In this document: piece by piece, positions 9,425-18,988 of the stretch
Numbering within the stretch: the first letter of the stretch is position 1
Layout: each line of letters begins with the position of its first letter
DNA from: Saprolegnia diclina VS20
Taxonomy: Eukaryota
Length of the DNA: 20,000 bases
NCBI RefSeq assembly: GCF_000281045.1
Contig: NW_008246094.1
Span: 362,313 to 382,312, forward strand
Direction: 5' to 3'
Notes under the pieces: model-generated
Database searches by the model: none
What the model was told of the DNA's origin: nothing
The model's input: only the letters and a program-made list of their open reading frames with translations
Translations under genes and position numbers: made by a program

Positions 9425-10474
9425 CGTCGTCGGCGGGCTTCGGGTGCTTTGTCGTTATGATGCGAACACCTGAGTCGGCCGCCCAAAACCGGATCCTTCC
9501 GGATGACGAAACCACTTGGCCCAACTTCAACTTTGCCCTCAACATTTTGGCGCTGCGGGTGCGGCGGAACCAATTGCGCATATTTGGAGCTTGGTCAGCG
9601 AGCGTTCGGTTCCAAGCACTTGGTTCTTCTGCCTCTCGCGTGCCGTCGACAGCGCTTCGGATGCGACTCGAGCGAACGCAAAAAACCAAATATCCCGTGG
9701 ACACACCACACCGTGGGATAAGCTTCAGATTGCTCAGCACGCAATCGTGCCGGTCGTTGCTCGATTATTAAACATCTCGGGACACAGTTTCGTGCTGTGG
9801 ACAATCGCATCGACGGCGCTGTCTATGTGTTGCAGTCCAAATTTGTGTACGGCCCAAGGACGATGAAGCAGTGCATGCGCTCCCGATGAAGAGAGGCTCA
9901 CGCAGCCGAGCCGGCTTCTCGAGAGAGTAGCCTTTCGTCCGTTGCCAAACAGGATCGTGGCGGCTGCGCACGTCTGGTCCTGTGAATCAAGTGCGGGAAA
10001 AACGCACCGACATCTCGCGACGTGTGACGCGGATGTGCTGGCATTATTTGGCGGCCAAAAGAGCCAATCAGAGACACGTCCAGAGAACGAGGGCAGCTGG
10101 CAGGTTCGGCGCGCCTTCCTTGCACGATGTCGGAAGCTCGGGACAAAGCGCGTTTCCGGGCCATCGCATCATCCGAGAACAAGGCTGCATCGCTTGCAAC
10201 TGGGACTGGGACGTGTCGTCTTTCCACTTGATTCCACTGGTGGTCTGGGCTGAGATGTAGCAGAGCCAGTAGACTACCGACTTGTATGAGGTTTCGCCCC
10301 AGCGCTGGGTGCACCATTGGGACGTTCGTCGACCGCAACCTCTTTGGTGTACGACGCGATACTGTCGCCACCTGCTTCTGCACAAGCCACACCAAAATGC
10401 ATGACGAGTTTGCAGGGACTAGGACTTCCAGCGGTTCACAAATAAGCCTTATTTAGTAGTACTTGTACACACGG

Positions 10475-11410
10475 CTATGCCTGCAGTATACAGACTGCGA
10501 GAATGCTTAGTAGCATGGGTACGACGCTGGTATGGTACGACGACGCAAGGGCATTCGACGGCTGCGTCGTGGGTGCGTTCGACTTGGGGCTTGGGCCTGC
10601 CTGACTGCCCACTGTTGCGGTTGTTGGGGCGACCGTGGGCCGTGCCGTTGTGGGGGGTGGTGTCGTCGTCGGCGCTGGCGTCTGTCGGTCCTTGGAGGCT
10701 TGGGAGCAGTAGACCTTGGTGCCAAAGAGATCTTTGATCTGGCTGTTGAGGAGATCAATGCCTTTGGTCTGCAGGAATGAGCCCGCGGCGGTCTTGATGC
10801 CATCCTGCGCGGCCGTCGTCACGTCTTTGAGCTTGATCGCTTTGCCGGCAACGGTGACTTGCACCGTCATCGGCGGCGTAATCTGCGCGTCCGAAAACAC
10901 GACGTTGCGCACAAACGGGTACGTTTCGTTGCAGGTGGCGGACGCGGTCATCGTGACCGTCTTGTCGTTGCCGCAGCAGTACTTGGTGTTGTCGAGCACC
11001 ATCGCGCACGCGTTGAAGAGACAGCCCTCGACGCGGAGGCTCATGGGCAGCTCCTTGAAGTTGACAACGACGTTGAGCGCCAAAGCGCCTGCGTCGTCGA
11101 ACGACATGGCAAGGCTCGTCAAGCTCATCGTGTTGATGCCCGAGATCCAGCGCGCAGTGACCTTGTACCAATCCGAAGACGTGTCTTCGTACAGATTGCC
11201 ACCCGAGTCCATGCACGGTGTTGGCGGGCTCGCCGCGCCGCAGTTGCCAATGGTCGCGGGCAGTTGCGCAGCCGTGTAGTTGGCCAGAAGCGGCTTGTAC
11301 GCATCCAGCAGCGTCGTTAGCACTTGCGGTAGCACGGGCGGTCCAAGGCCAAGGTCGGCGGGCGCGGCCAAAACAGCAGCGAGGCCGATAGCAGCAGCAA
11401 GCGGGCGCAT
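10475..11410 (-). CDS. Secreted, probably GPI-anchored Cys-rich protein (311 aa), paralog A
   Basis: Signal peptide MRPLAAAIGLAAVLAA; ~220 aa core with 8 Cys; Thr/Pro-rich stalk (TPAPTTTPPPTTARPTVAPTT); hydrophobic C-terminus VVPMLLSILAVCILQA; clear homology to 11771-12643. Confidence 0.88.
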   Translation of the reverse strand: MRPLAAAIGLAAVLAAPADLGLGPPVLPQVLTTLLDAYKPLLANYTAAQLPATIGNCGAASPPTPCMDSGGNLYEDTSSDWYKVTARWISGINTMSLTSLAMSFDDAGALALNVVVNFKELPMSLRVEGCLFNACAMVLDNTKYCCGNDKTVTMTASATCNETYPFVRNVVFSDAQITPPMTVQVTVAGKAIKLKDVTTAAQDGIKTAAGSFLQTKGIDLLNSQIKDLFGTKVYCSQASKDRQTPAPTTTPPPTTARPTVAPTTATVGSQAGPSPKSNAPTTQPSNALASSYHTSVVPMLLSILAVCILQA

Positions 11411-11770
11411 GTCGGACGGAAGACGAGAAATGGCTCCACAGTGTCAAACAGCTATGGTGCGACATCTGCGTATGCCCGGGGTCCGCGAATTTTAGCTCCT
11501 GAGCACTAAAATCACGCACATTTACATGGGAATGCGGGAATCGAGCTCTATTGGAATAGATGGCGGGTTGCGTGTTTTGCAGGACCGTTATTTCAAGGTG
11601 TCTATGACTCGATACTCCGGGGCACCGTGTCCATTGCACTTGCAATTCAGCACACGATCTCACCTCGATTTTTTTAATGCATACCTAAATCTACATCCAT
11701 GTATGGGGAATAAAATATTTCGAATTAATGCGACCGTGACCAAAGTTGCATCCATTTCAACTTTGTCACG
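11411..11770. promoter_or_regulatory. Shared divergent promoter region (360 bp) of the two secreted paralogs
   Basis: AT-richer spacer between two divergent ATGs. An Inr-like CCATTTC (YCAYTYY) lies about 20 nt upstream of each ATG (11752-11758 on +, near 11430 on -). Confidence 0.55.
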
Positions 11771-12643
11771 ATGCGACGAACGGCCATCGCCTGCCTCTTC
11801 AGCCTGGCAGCGCTCACGGACGCAGCCGCATTGCCGCCGATCCTGCCGCAAGCCCTCGGCGGCGCTATCGACGCCTTCAAGCCCGTCGTCGCAGCGTACG
11901 CAGCGAGCGCGCTCCCGGCGGCTATTGGCAACTGCTCGGCTGGCGCGCCCAAGCCGTGCGAGAACATTGGCGACTTGTACGCAACAACGACGAGCCTCTA
12001 CAACTTGCGCGCGCGCTGGCTCGGCGGTCTCAACACGCTTAGCCTCGACGCGCTCAGCGTGACGTCGGACGTCAACGGCAGCATCACGGCCGCCGCGACC
12101 GTGACGTTTGCATCGTTGCCAATGAGCCTCCAAGTGGACGCATGTCTGCCTGGCGTCGGTTGCAACCCACTGCTTGACAACACGGACACGTGCTGCGGCG
12201 GCCCCAAGACGATTCAAGTGACCGCGGTCGCCACGTGCAACGAGACGTTTCCGTTTCTGCGCAACGTGACGCTGACGCGCGTCCAGATTGCGCCGGCGCT
12301 CGAGATCAAGTACAATGTGAGCGGCAAGTCCGTGACGCTCTTTGATGCGACGTCGCTTGTGCAGACGCAGATCGCGACGCAAGGCTCGGCGTTTCTCCAG
12401 GCCCAAGCCATGGGCCCGATCAACGACAAGATCAAGTCGTTCTTTGGCAGCACCATCTTTTGCACGCAAGAGTCGCAGCTGGCGTGGCTCGCAAAGAACC
12501 CGATCTCGAGCGGCAGCGGTGCAACGACCGCGCCGAAAACCACCAAGCCGTCGTCCAGTTCCGCGGCAAGTGCCCTGCGCTCGCCACTCGCTCTGCTCAC
12601 AAGCCTTGCTGCTGTCGTCGTCGTACAGCTTAGTCCAGTGTAA
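11771..12643 (+). CDS. Secreted, probably GPI-anchored Cys-rich protein (290 aa), paralog B
   Basis: Signal peptide MRRTAIACLFSLAALTDAAA; the same 8-Cys core as paralog A; Ser/Thr stalk; hydrophobic C-terminus PLALLTSLAAVVVVQLSPV. Confidence 0.88.
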   Translation: MRRTAIACLFSLAALTDAAALPPILPQALGGAIDAFKPVVAAYAASALPAAIGNCSAGAPKPCENIGDLYATTTSLYNLRARWLGGLNTLSLDALSVTSDVNGSITAAATVTFASLPMSLQVDACLPGVGCNPLLDNTDTCCGGPKTIQVTAVATCNETFPFLRNVTLTRVQIAPALEIKYNVSGKSVTLFDATSLVQTQIATQGSAFLQAQAMGPINDKIKSFFGSTIFCTQESQLAWLAKNPISSGSGATTAPKTTKPSSSSAASALRSPLALLTSLAAVVVVQLSPV

Positions 12644-12776
12644 AGTACTTCACTCGTAGTGCAAATCGCTTATACGTTATTGTGGGATTCAGTGAATACC
12701 AAGAGCAACGAAAGGTAGTCGATAAGCTCGAAAGGTATGAAAACACAAGATTCTATTGGAGGGTTGATTTATCTAT

Positions 12777-14291
12777 CTATCGCCGGCGCGCAATCGTTGG
12801 TTCGACCTTGAGACCGAGGTTTGTAAGACCCATCATGTTGATCGTGCGCTTTTGGAGCCCGGGTGTCGTCTTGAGGCCCGTCGCCTTGGCGTACGCGTCA
12901 CCGAGTGCAACCAAATCCGGCTTGGTGAGCTTCAAGCGCTTGAGGTTCGAAACGTAAAAGCCGAGGAAGGCCTGGTACGCCTGCGCCGCCTTGGTCTTGA
13001 GCTCGTCGTTGCTTTCGATCTTGCCAAGAACCTTGTCGATGGCTGTCTTGGTCGTTGTGCCGCGGGGCTGGAAGGCGACCGTGTTGAGCGGGAGATCGTT
13101 GAGCTCTTTGAGCAGGTTCTTCTCAAAGTCGCAGAGGATGAGTGCGCCCTCGCCTTGCTTACCGGCGCGGCCCGTGCGCCCGACACGGTGGATGTACTGC
13201 TCCCGGTCCGTCAAGCCGACTTGGATCACGAGCGAAACATCCGGGTAGTCGACACCGCGCGCCGAGACGTCGGACGAAAACATGATGAGCTTGTTCCCGG
13301 TACGGAATTGGTCGGCAGTCCTCGTCCGGAACGGCTGCGACTTGCGCGAGTGCATCTCGAGGATCGGGAATTTCGCAGCCTGGAAGATCGAGGCCATGTA
13401 CCCCGCGGCGCGCGCGGTCGGGAAGAAGACGATGACCTTGAACGCGTTCGGGTGCGCGTGGATGTGGGCCTTGAGCGCAGCCTCGATTGCGTGCAAATGG
13501 TCTTCCATGCGGCAGATGGTCACGGTCTGCGGCACGTGCGCGTTCGTTTGGTCCGTCTCGGTGCCCACCGTGTCGATAAACTTGTGGTCCTTCTTGAGCG
13601 CAAGGCGCTGGATCGACTCGAGCGACGCCGGGAGCGTCGCCGAGAACAAGATTGTTTGGCGCTTCGAGGGCAGAAACTTGAGAATCGCTTCAATGTCGTT
13701 GCGGAAGCCCATGTCGAGAAGCCGGTCGGCTTCGTCCAAGATGAGCATCTTTGTCTTTTGGAGTTTTGCGACGATGTTGCCGTGGTCGTTCTTGAGCAAG
13801 TCCTGGAGCCGCCCGGGCGTCGCGACGAGGATATCGACGGGTGCCTTGAGCTTCTTGATATCGTGCTCGACGGATGTGCCACCGACAAAGCACTGCGTTT
13901 GGATCGTGTCATGGAACGTCGTGAGCTTCTTGGCTTCGGCGTCGATCTGCGAGGCAAGCTCGCGCGTCGGCGACAAGACAAGCGCCGAAATCGCGTTTGC
14001 TGGCCGCGGAGCCTTGGCGAGGACCTCTACCGTCGGCAAGAGAAAGGCCATTGTCTTACCCGAGCCCGTCTTGGACTTGGCGAGCACGTCATGGCCATCG
14101 AGAAGCACGGGCAGCGTTGCGTGCTGCACCTCGGTCATAGTGTCGTAGCCCATGACGTCAGTGATCGCCTTGAGCGACGGCGACGAGATCGGCAGCGACG
14201 CATACTTGATGTCGCTCGAGATGGACGCAAAGCTCGAGGCGGACCGGCGACCAAGCCACGTACTAGTACGGCGAAGTTGGTGGAGCATCAT
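12777..14291 (-). CDS. DEAD-box ATP-dependent RNA helicase, Mss116-like (plant RH25/RH26/RH31-type), probably mitochondrial; 504 aa, intronless
   Basis: Q motif GYDTMTEVQ, SKTGSGKT, SPTRELA, ATPGRL, LDEAD, FSAT, SDVSARGVDYP, QYIHRVGRTGRAG, and C-terminal AYQAFLGFY typical of the Mss116/Has1 group. The N-terminus MMLHQLRRTSTWLGRRSASSFAS is Arg/Ser-rich and acid-free, like a mitochondrial presequence. The start is 5 nt from the gap, so an upstream extension cannot be excluded. Confidence 0.93.
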   Translation of the reverse strand: MMLHQLRRTSTWLGRRSASSFASISSDIKYASLPISSPSLKAITDVMGYDTMTEVQHATLPVLLDGHDVLAKSKTGSGKTMAFLLPTVEVLAKAPRPANAISALVLSPTRELASQIDAEAKKLTTFHDTIQTQCFVGGTSVEHDIKKLKAPVDILVATPGRLQDLLKNDHGNIVAKLQKTKMLILDEADRLLDMGFRNDIEAILKFLPSKRQTILFSATLPASLESIQRLALKKDHKFIDTVGTETDQTNAHVPQTVTICRMEDHLHAIEAALKAHIHAHPNAFKVIVFFPTARAAGYMASIFQAAKFPILEMHSRKSQPFRTRTADQFRTGNKLIMFSSDVSARGVDYPDVSLVIQVGLTDREQYIHRVGRTGRAGKQGEGALILCDFEKNLLKELNDLPLNTVAFQPRGTTTKTAIDKVLGKIESNDELKTKAAQAYQAFLGFYVSNLKRLKLTKPDLVALGDAYAKATGLKTTPGLQKRTINMMGLTNLGLKVEPTIARRR

Positions 14292-14296
14292 GTTGC

Positions 14297-14712
14297 NNNN
14301 NNNNNNNNNNNNNNNNNNNNNNNNNNNNNNNNNNNNNNNNNNNNNNNNNNNNNNNNNNNNNNNNNNNNNNNNNNNNNNNNNNNNNNNNNNNNNNNNNNNN
14401 NNNNNNNNNNNNNNNNNNNNNNNNNNNNNNNNNNNNNNNNNNNNNNNNNNNNNNNNNNNNNNNNNNNNNNNNNNNNNNNNNNNNNNNNNNNNNNNNNNNN
14501 NNNNNNNNNNNNNNNNNNNNNNNNNNNNNNNNNNNNNNNNNNNNNNNNNNNNNNNNNNNNNNNNNNNNNNNNNNNNNNNNNNNNNNNNNNNNNNNNNNNN
14601 NNNNNNNNNNNNNNNNNNNNNNNNNNNNNNNNNNNNNNNNNNNNNNNNNNNNNNNNNNNNNNNNNNNNNNNNNNNNNNNNNNNNNNNNNNNNNNNNNNNN
14701 NNNNNNNNNNNN
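14297..14712. other. Assembly gap (416 N)
   Basis: Run of N; ORFs crossing it are artefacts. Confidence 1.
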
Positions 14713-15650
14713 AAACTGCATATTGTTGTGCCCCACAGTGAAATTCTCGGCTGGAAAAGAGAGATCTCAATGCGTTGCTGGAACCAATAGGGACATACGC
14801 CGCAGAGAACCCATACTCGAGTGCACTTAACTATAATTATCAAGCGTCATGATGTGGAGCGGACCTTGTTGGATGTCGCGATTCCACTCGCACGGTGATG
14901 CGCTGTGTATCGTGGCATGTAAGACAACTGTGCTCTTCGTCCTCGTCTTGGCTGTGCATTGCATGAGCTTTTGCGACGGTGCGTATTCGGAATGTGGGTT
15001 GATCGGTCGGTTGGGCAAGGGCGAATCCATCGCTCAGTTCCAGAATAAAACCCACCCCTCGGCACTGGCTTCAATAAAATCTGCCAATCAAAATGCGTAC
15101 ACAGTTCCCTTCTGGCCAATCCATTGGCGTCACGCACAGAAAAGATCGCAACACCGGCTTGCGCGTCCATGGCCCACTTGGGCATCAGCAATATCTATAT
15201 TGGTTCCTTGAGTTAATTTATGCTTGTGGTGAAGGCATGGATCATCGCAGGTGGGCAGTAGCCAAATGCTCGCGCTTCGTGGTCAATGTTCCAGGAAACT
15301 CGAATCCGAAAACGGATTTAACAAGCTATTGTACCCCTTGCAGTACTGTACCTCCCACCTTCCAGTATATCGCCCTAGTCGAAGACGTTTGGGCAGTGCG
15401 AGCCTTTTGCTCTGGGGGTTGCGCTCGATGGTGGCGCTGACGGGGTCGCATCATTATGGGGATTTTAATAGCTTCCGGATACGGAGGGCTTACATTGTGC
15501 CAGTGAAACGCCATCGGTGGAGGCGGTTATCCGGATAGGCTCGGCCGCGGAATATTATTTTTATATTTCGGGCTCTGGGCGGTCCATTGTTTCGGCGTTG
15601 CGGCAATTCGTGGAAAGAACACAAGAGCGGCGACGGTCCATGGCGATTTG

Positions 15651-17459
15651 ATGCAGCAGCAGCAGTACAAGAGCCCATTAACGACTGCGACGACGAGTAC
15701 GGTACCCAACGAGCCCGCGATGGCCTTCGTGCCGCTGGCCAAGTGGTCGACAGCCGTCTCGCCGGCGACCGCCGCGGCGCGTAGCCGTAACATCGACATT
15801 CCCAATTCCAAGCCACGCCTGCGAACAAAGCCGGCCGTGGCCCCGAGCTCTACTGCCGGCTTAAGTCGCGTCGCTGCGCCAGCGAAACGACCGAGCAGTG
15901 GATCGCATGCCGCGAGCTCCGCGTCGACGATAGACGCCTGCTTCAAGTGGCATTCGCGCCCACCGCGCGGCCACGTCGAGACATCGGGCACAAAGCCGTC
16001 GCCCGTGACGCCGTTTCAGCGCCACGAAGACCAAGCAGCCAAGCTCAAGCGAACGAAGAAGGCGAAAAGCGTCACAGCTCCGCGCCGCCTCTCGACCGAC
16101 CACATGTGGAATCCTCCTTCGTGGACACAAGCAGCACACTCAACAAGCACTAGCAAAGGTGACGGCGTCGCGCATTGCCGCGGAGACCCCCAAGACATGA
16201 TGTTTCGTCCCGCGGCAACGGCCACGCTGCGTGCGCGGGAAGCCGAGCCGCCGCCGCCGCCGCCGGTTGCCACCACAGCGGACGGATTGCGCTCCAACGA
16301 CGTTGTCGAAAACTTGGCCCGCGCGCTCTTGACGGACTGCATCAACAAGCGCCAGCGAGAAACGCTCAAGTCGTTCAAGGTCGAGATCGTCGAGTCGCCA
16401 CCGGTGCCGTCGTCGAGCAGTAGCAGCTGCGGCGGTGCATCGTGCTGCGGGTCGCCCAAAGAAAAGGCTGGCGTGTACGACGACAGTGGGGGCGGTCTCA
16501 GCTGCAGCTCCAGGTTCTCCTCCTCCCCGTCAGCAGCGACGCATGACAGCCTCGTGTCTTGTAGTGACGACGAACTCAACCATCTGCATGCGATGGACCC
16601 GTCGTCCTTTGTGTGGTACCTGTGCACTTGCGCATGAAAGGTCGCCAACGCTGCGTAGGGACGAAAGCGGGCGTCCTGATGATGCCAAGCCGTGGCGGGA
16701 GACGGCCGTGTGCCACGACGTGGACCCGATGCTGCCCACGAGTTCGCCCGAGAGCGACTGTTTTTACGAAGAAAAGTACGGTCCCGTATCCGTTTGCGAG
16801 CGATTCATTCGCGTTGTGTGCAGAGGTCTTTCGAAGGAAGTGCGCTACAGCCTTCCGATCGCTTACGGCACGGTCCACGAGACATCGAAGCAGTGCACGG
16901 TACGCTCGCGAGGCCTCTTGCGGCGACTCACAAACACTAGATTTGCCAATTGGCGTACGAGATTGGGTCGCACATTGTGACGCTGACGCCGTGCCAGCAC
17001 TTTTTTCAGTAGGTTTTGCTGGCACACGCGCCGTGCGTCACGCATTTGTGTGTTGATAGCGCACTCTGCGTCGACAAGTGGCTGTGGAACCACACGACGT
17101 GTCCGCTGTGCCGGAAGGAGGTCGTGTACGAAGCGTTTGGTGGCGTGCGCGGCACGGCGTGTCCCGACGAAGACCGAGAGAGCCTCCGCAAGAAGATGCG
17201 GTCGCAGTGCGCGGAGTTTCGCCCGCTCAACCCGCTTCCAGGTACACCTTAGGATTCTCGGTGCTCGCTTCAGCCACTGACTTATTTGGTAGTGGATACG
17301 CTGGATGTACATTTCTCGAGTCTCCAGCTGCAGGACTCGCGGCGTCCGCCGGCCGTGACCCCGCTGGACTATCTTGTGTGGTATGCGCCAACGTTTGCAA
17401 TGGATCACTGGCGACTCATCGTGCGTAGTCCTGTCGCGCAGCGCACGTGGCGCAAATAG
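15651..17459 (+). CDS. RING-H2 zinc finger protein (putative E3 ubiquitin ligase), 7 exons, ~508 aa
   Basis: Exons 15651-16615, 16659-16775, 16824-16899, 16941-17008, 17060-17241, 17293-17380, 17429-17459; introns 41-51 nt; total 1527 nt. The spliced motif CTICQLAYEIGSHIVTLTPCQHFFHALCVDKWLWNHTTCPLC is C3H2C3. Long low-complexity N-terminus. The track start 15648 is TTG; ATG is at 15651. Confidence 0.88.
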
Positions 17460-17750
17460 AGCCGCACGTGGCAGTCTGTAGTACGACGAACGCGATGATG
17501 ATGGCCATGTAAACACCCCCGACCAAAGCGGTGCCCGTGCTTGTATTAATTTAATAAGACGAAATTGTTCCATTGGACGGACGCAGAGATCCATCCGATA
17601 TGACAAAGAGGGACCCGGCACGTTGCCTCCTTCCTGTGTTCCTGTGTCGGCACCAAACAGCGTCTTCGAACCACTGTTTTTCCTTTATCTGTATTCTATC
17701 CACCAATAGCACGAAAGGACCCAAGGCTCATACGAGCTCATGGCACTCGT

Positions 17751-17911
17751 GTCCCGCGCCTCAACGAGGAGCTCGAGAAGCGCCACCACGAGTTCGCATC
17801 CCACTGCGACGCACCGTAGCAACGGAACTACTTTCTGGCAGACCTCGCTGGCATCGCTCGCGGCAAGCAGCGGCAGAGGCGACACGATCGCGTGCTTTAA
17901 CGACGCAGGGC
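17751..17911 (+). pseudogene. Decayed duplicate of the 5' part (exon 1, intron 1, start of exon 2) of the COA7-like gene
   Basis: gtcccgcgcctcaacgaggagctcgagaagcgccaccacgagttcgcatcccactgcgacg (17751) matches gtctcgcgcctcaacgaggagctcgagaagcgccactacgagttcgtctccaactgcgacg (19013). Similarity continues through the intron. The donor is mutated (aacggaacta vs aacgGTacta), the acceptor is altered, and there is no matching ATG. The copy ends at the gap. Confidence 0.85.
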
Positions 17912-18236
17912 NNNNNNNNNNNNNNNNNNNNNNNNNNNNNNNNNNNNNNNNNNNNNNNNNNNNNNNNNNNNNNNNNNNNNNNNNNNNNNNNNNNNNNNNN
18001 NNNNNNNNNNNNNNNNNNNNNNNNNNNNNNNNNNNNNNNNNNNNNNNNNNNNNNNNNNNNNNNNNNNNNNNNNNNNNNNNNNNNNNNNNNNNNNNNNNNN
18101 NNNNNNNNNNNNNNNNNNNNNNNNNNNNNNNNNNNNNNNNNNNNNNNNNNNNNNNNNNNNNNNNNNNNNNNNNNNNNNNNNNNNNNNNNNNNNNNNNNNN
18201 NNNNNNNNNNNNNNNNNNNNNNNNNNNNNNNNNNNN
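17912..18236. other. Assembly gap (325 N)
   Basis: Run of N. Confidence 1.
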
Positions 18237-18737
18237 AATGGCGTCCACACGACTGACCACGCCGGCGACAGCATGTGCTGGACGTCGTCCGAGAGGCTCA
18301 ACACTGCGCGATGCATCACCGGCGCTACACAAGGGTTAGCGTAGAGGTTATGACTGGCGCAGGAGACGTACGTATGGTGGTACGACGACAGCCATGCACG
18401 AGGAGGATCTCGAGCATGTGCGACCCTTGATGCTTCAAGGCCAGCGTGATGGGCGACGTGCCTTTTCTAACACGTACATAGCCCAGATGCCCATTGACGG
18501 TACGATGCAGGCGTACGCAGAGAGTGCGTTCACGTCGACGCGCGGGCTCGCGGCAAGGAGACGGACGACGGGTATGTTGCCGTAGAAGACGGCAAAATGC
18601 AGCGCTGTCCAGCCGGTGGCCGTGCGCGCGTTGGGGTTGCACGATCCATTGACCAAGCAGGCCGCGAGGGTGCTAACATCGCCGGTCCTGGCGGCGGCAA
18701 AGAACGCGCCCGGATCGTCGCTGGATGGCGTGGACAT
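18237..18737 (-). CDS. Ankyrin-repeat protein, 3' end lost in the gap
   Basis: Exons 18737-18517, 18466-18372, 18324-gap; introns 50 and 47 nt, the second with a ctaac branch site. Motifs FFAAARTGD, NPNARTATGWTALHFAVFYGNIPVVRLL, DVNALSAKGTSPITLALKHQGSHMLEILLVHG give about 3 ankyrin repeats. Confidence 0.88.
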
Positions 18738-18988
18738 GATGCTCGTCGTCCCTTCTTTCGCCAAGCGGAAGCTTTCGAAATGTACTCATTTGGCCTGTCG
18801 TCGTCTCATCAGGTGTTTGGTTGTTCGTGACGTCGATCGTCTGCCGGTTGTTGACACGCTCTGTGTCAGCACAAAACAGTGCATTTAAAACTGATTCAAA
18901 ACATTGTTTTTGCCACAATTCTGTCGACCAATCGGCGCCACGCACGAAAGCAGCCAATGAGACGGGGTCTGGCAAACGCCAAATTGCC
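18738..18988. promoter_or_regulatory. Short bidirectional promoter (251 bp) between the ankyrin and COA7-like genes, with two CCAAT boxes
   Basis: Divergent ATGs at 18737 and 18989; gaCCAATcg at 18928-18932 and agCCAATga at 18954-18958. Confidence 0.5.

Noticed and set aside
9600..10470. Several overlapping 70-165 aa ORFs in the spacer
   Set aside because: Mostly non-ATG starts, no motifs and no codon bias; treated as intergenic.
12852..14843. 629 aa antisense ORF and the 688 aa extension of the helicase
   Set aside because: The first is an antisense shadow from codon bias; both lengths are inflated by translation through N runs.
14713..15650. Short ORFs between the gap and the RING gene
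   Set aside because: No recognisable protein features; CCAAT-containing divergent promoter or intergenic sequence.
17573..18339. ORFs of 140-227 aa spanning the second gap
   Set aside because: Artefacts of N translation; only the ankyrin exon at 18237-18324 is supported.
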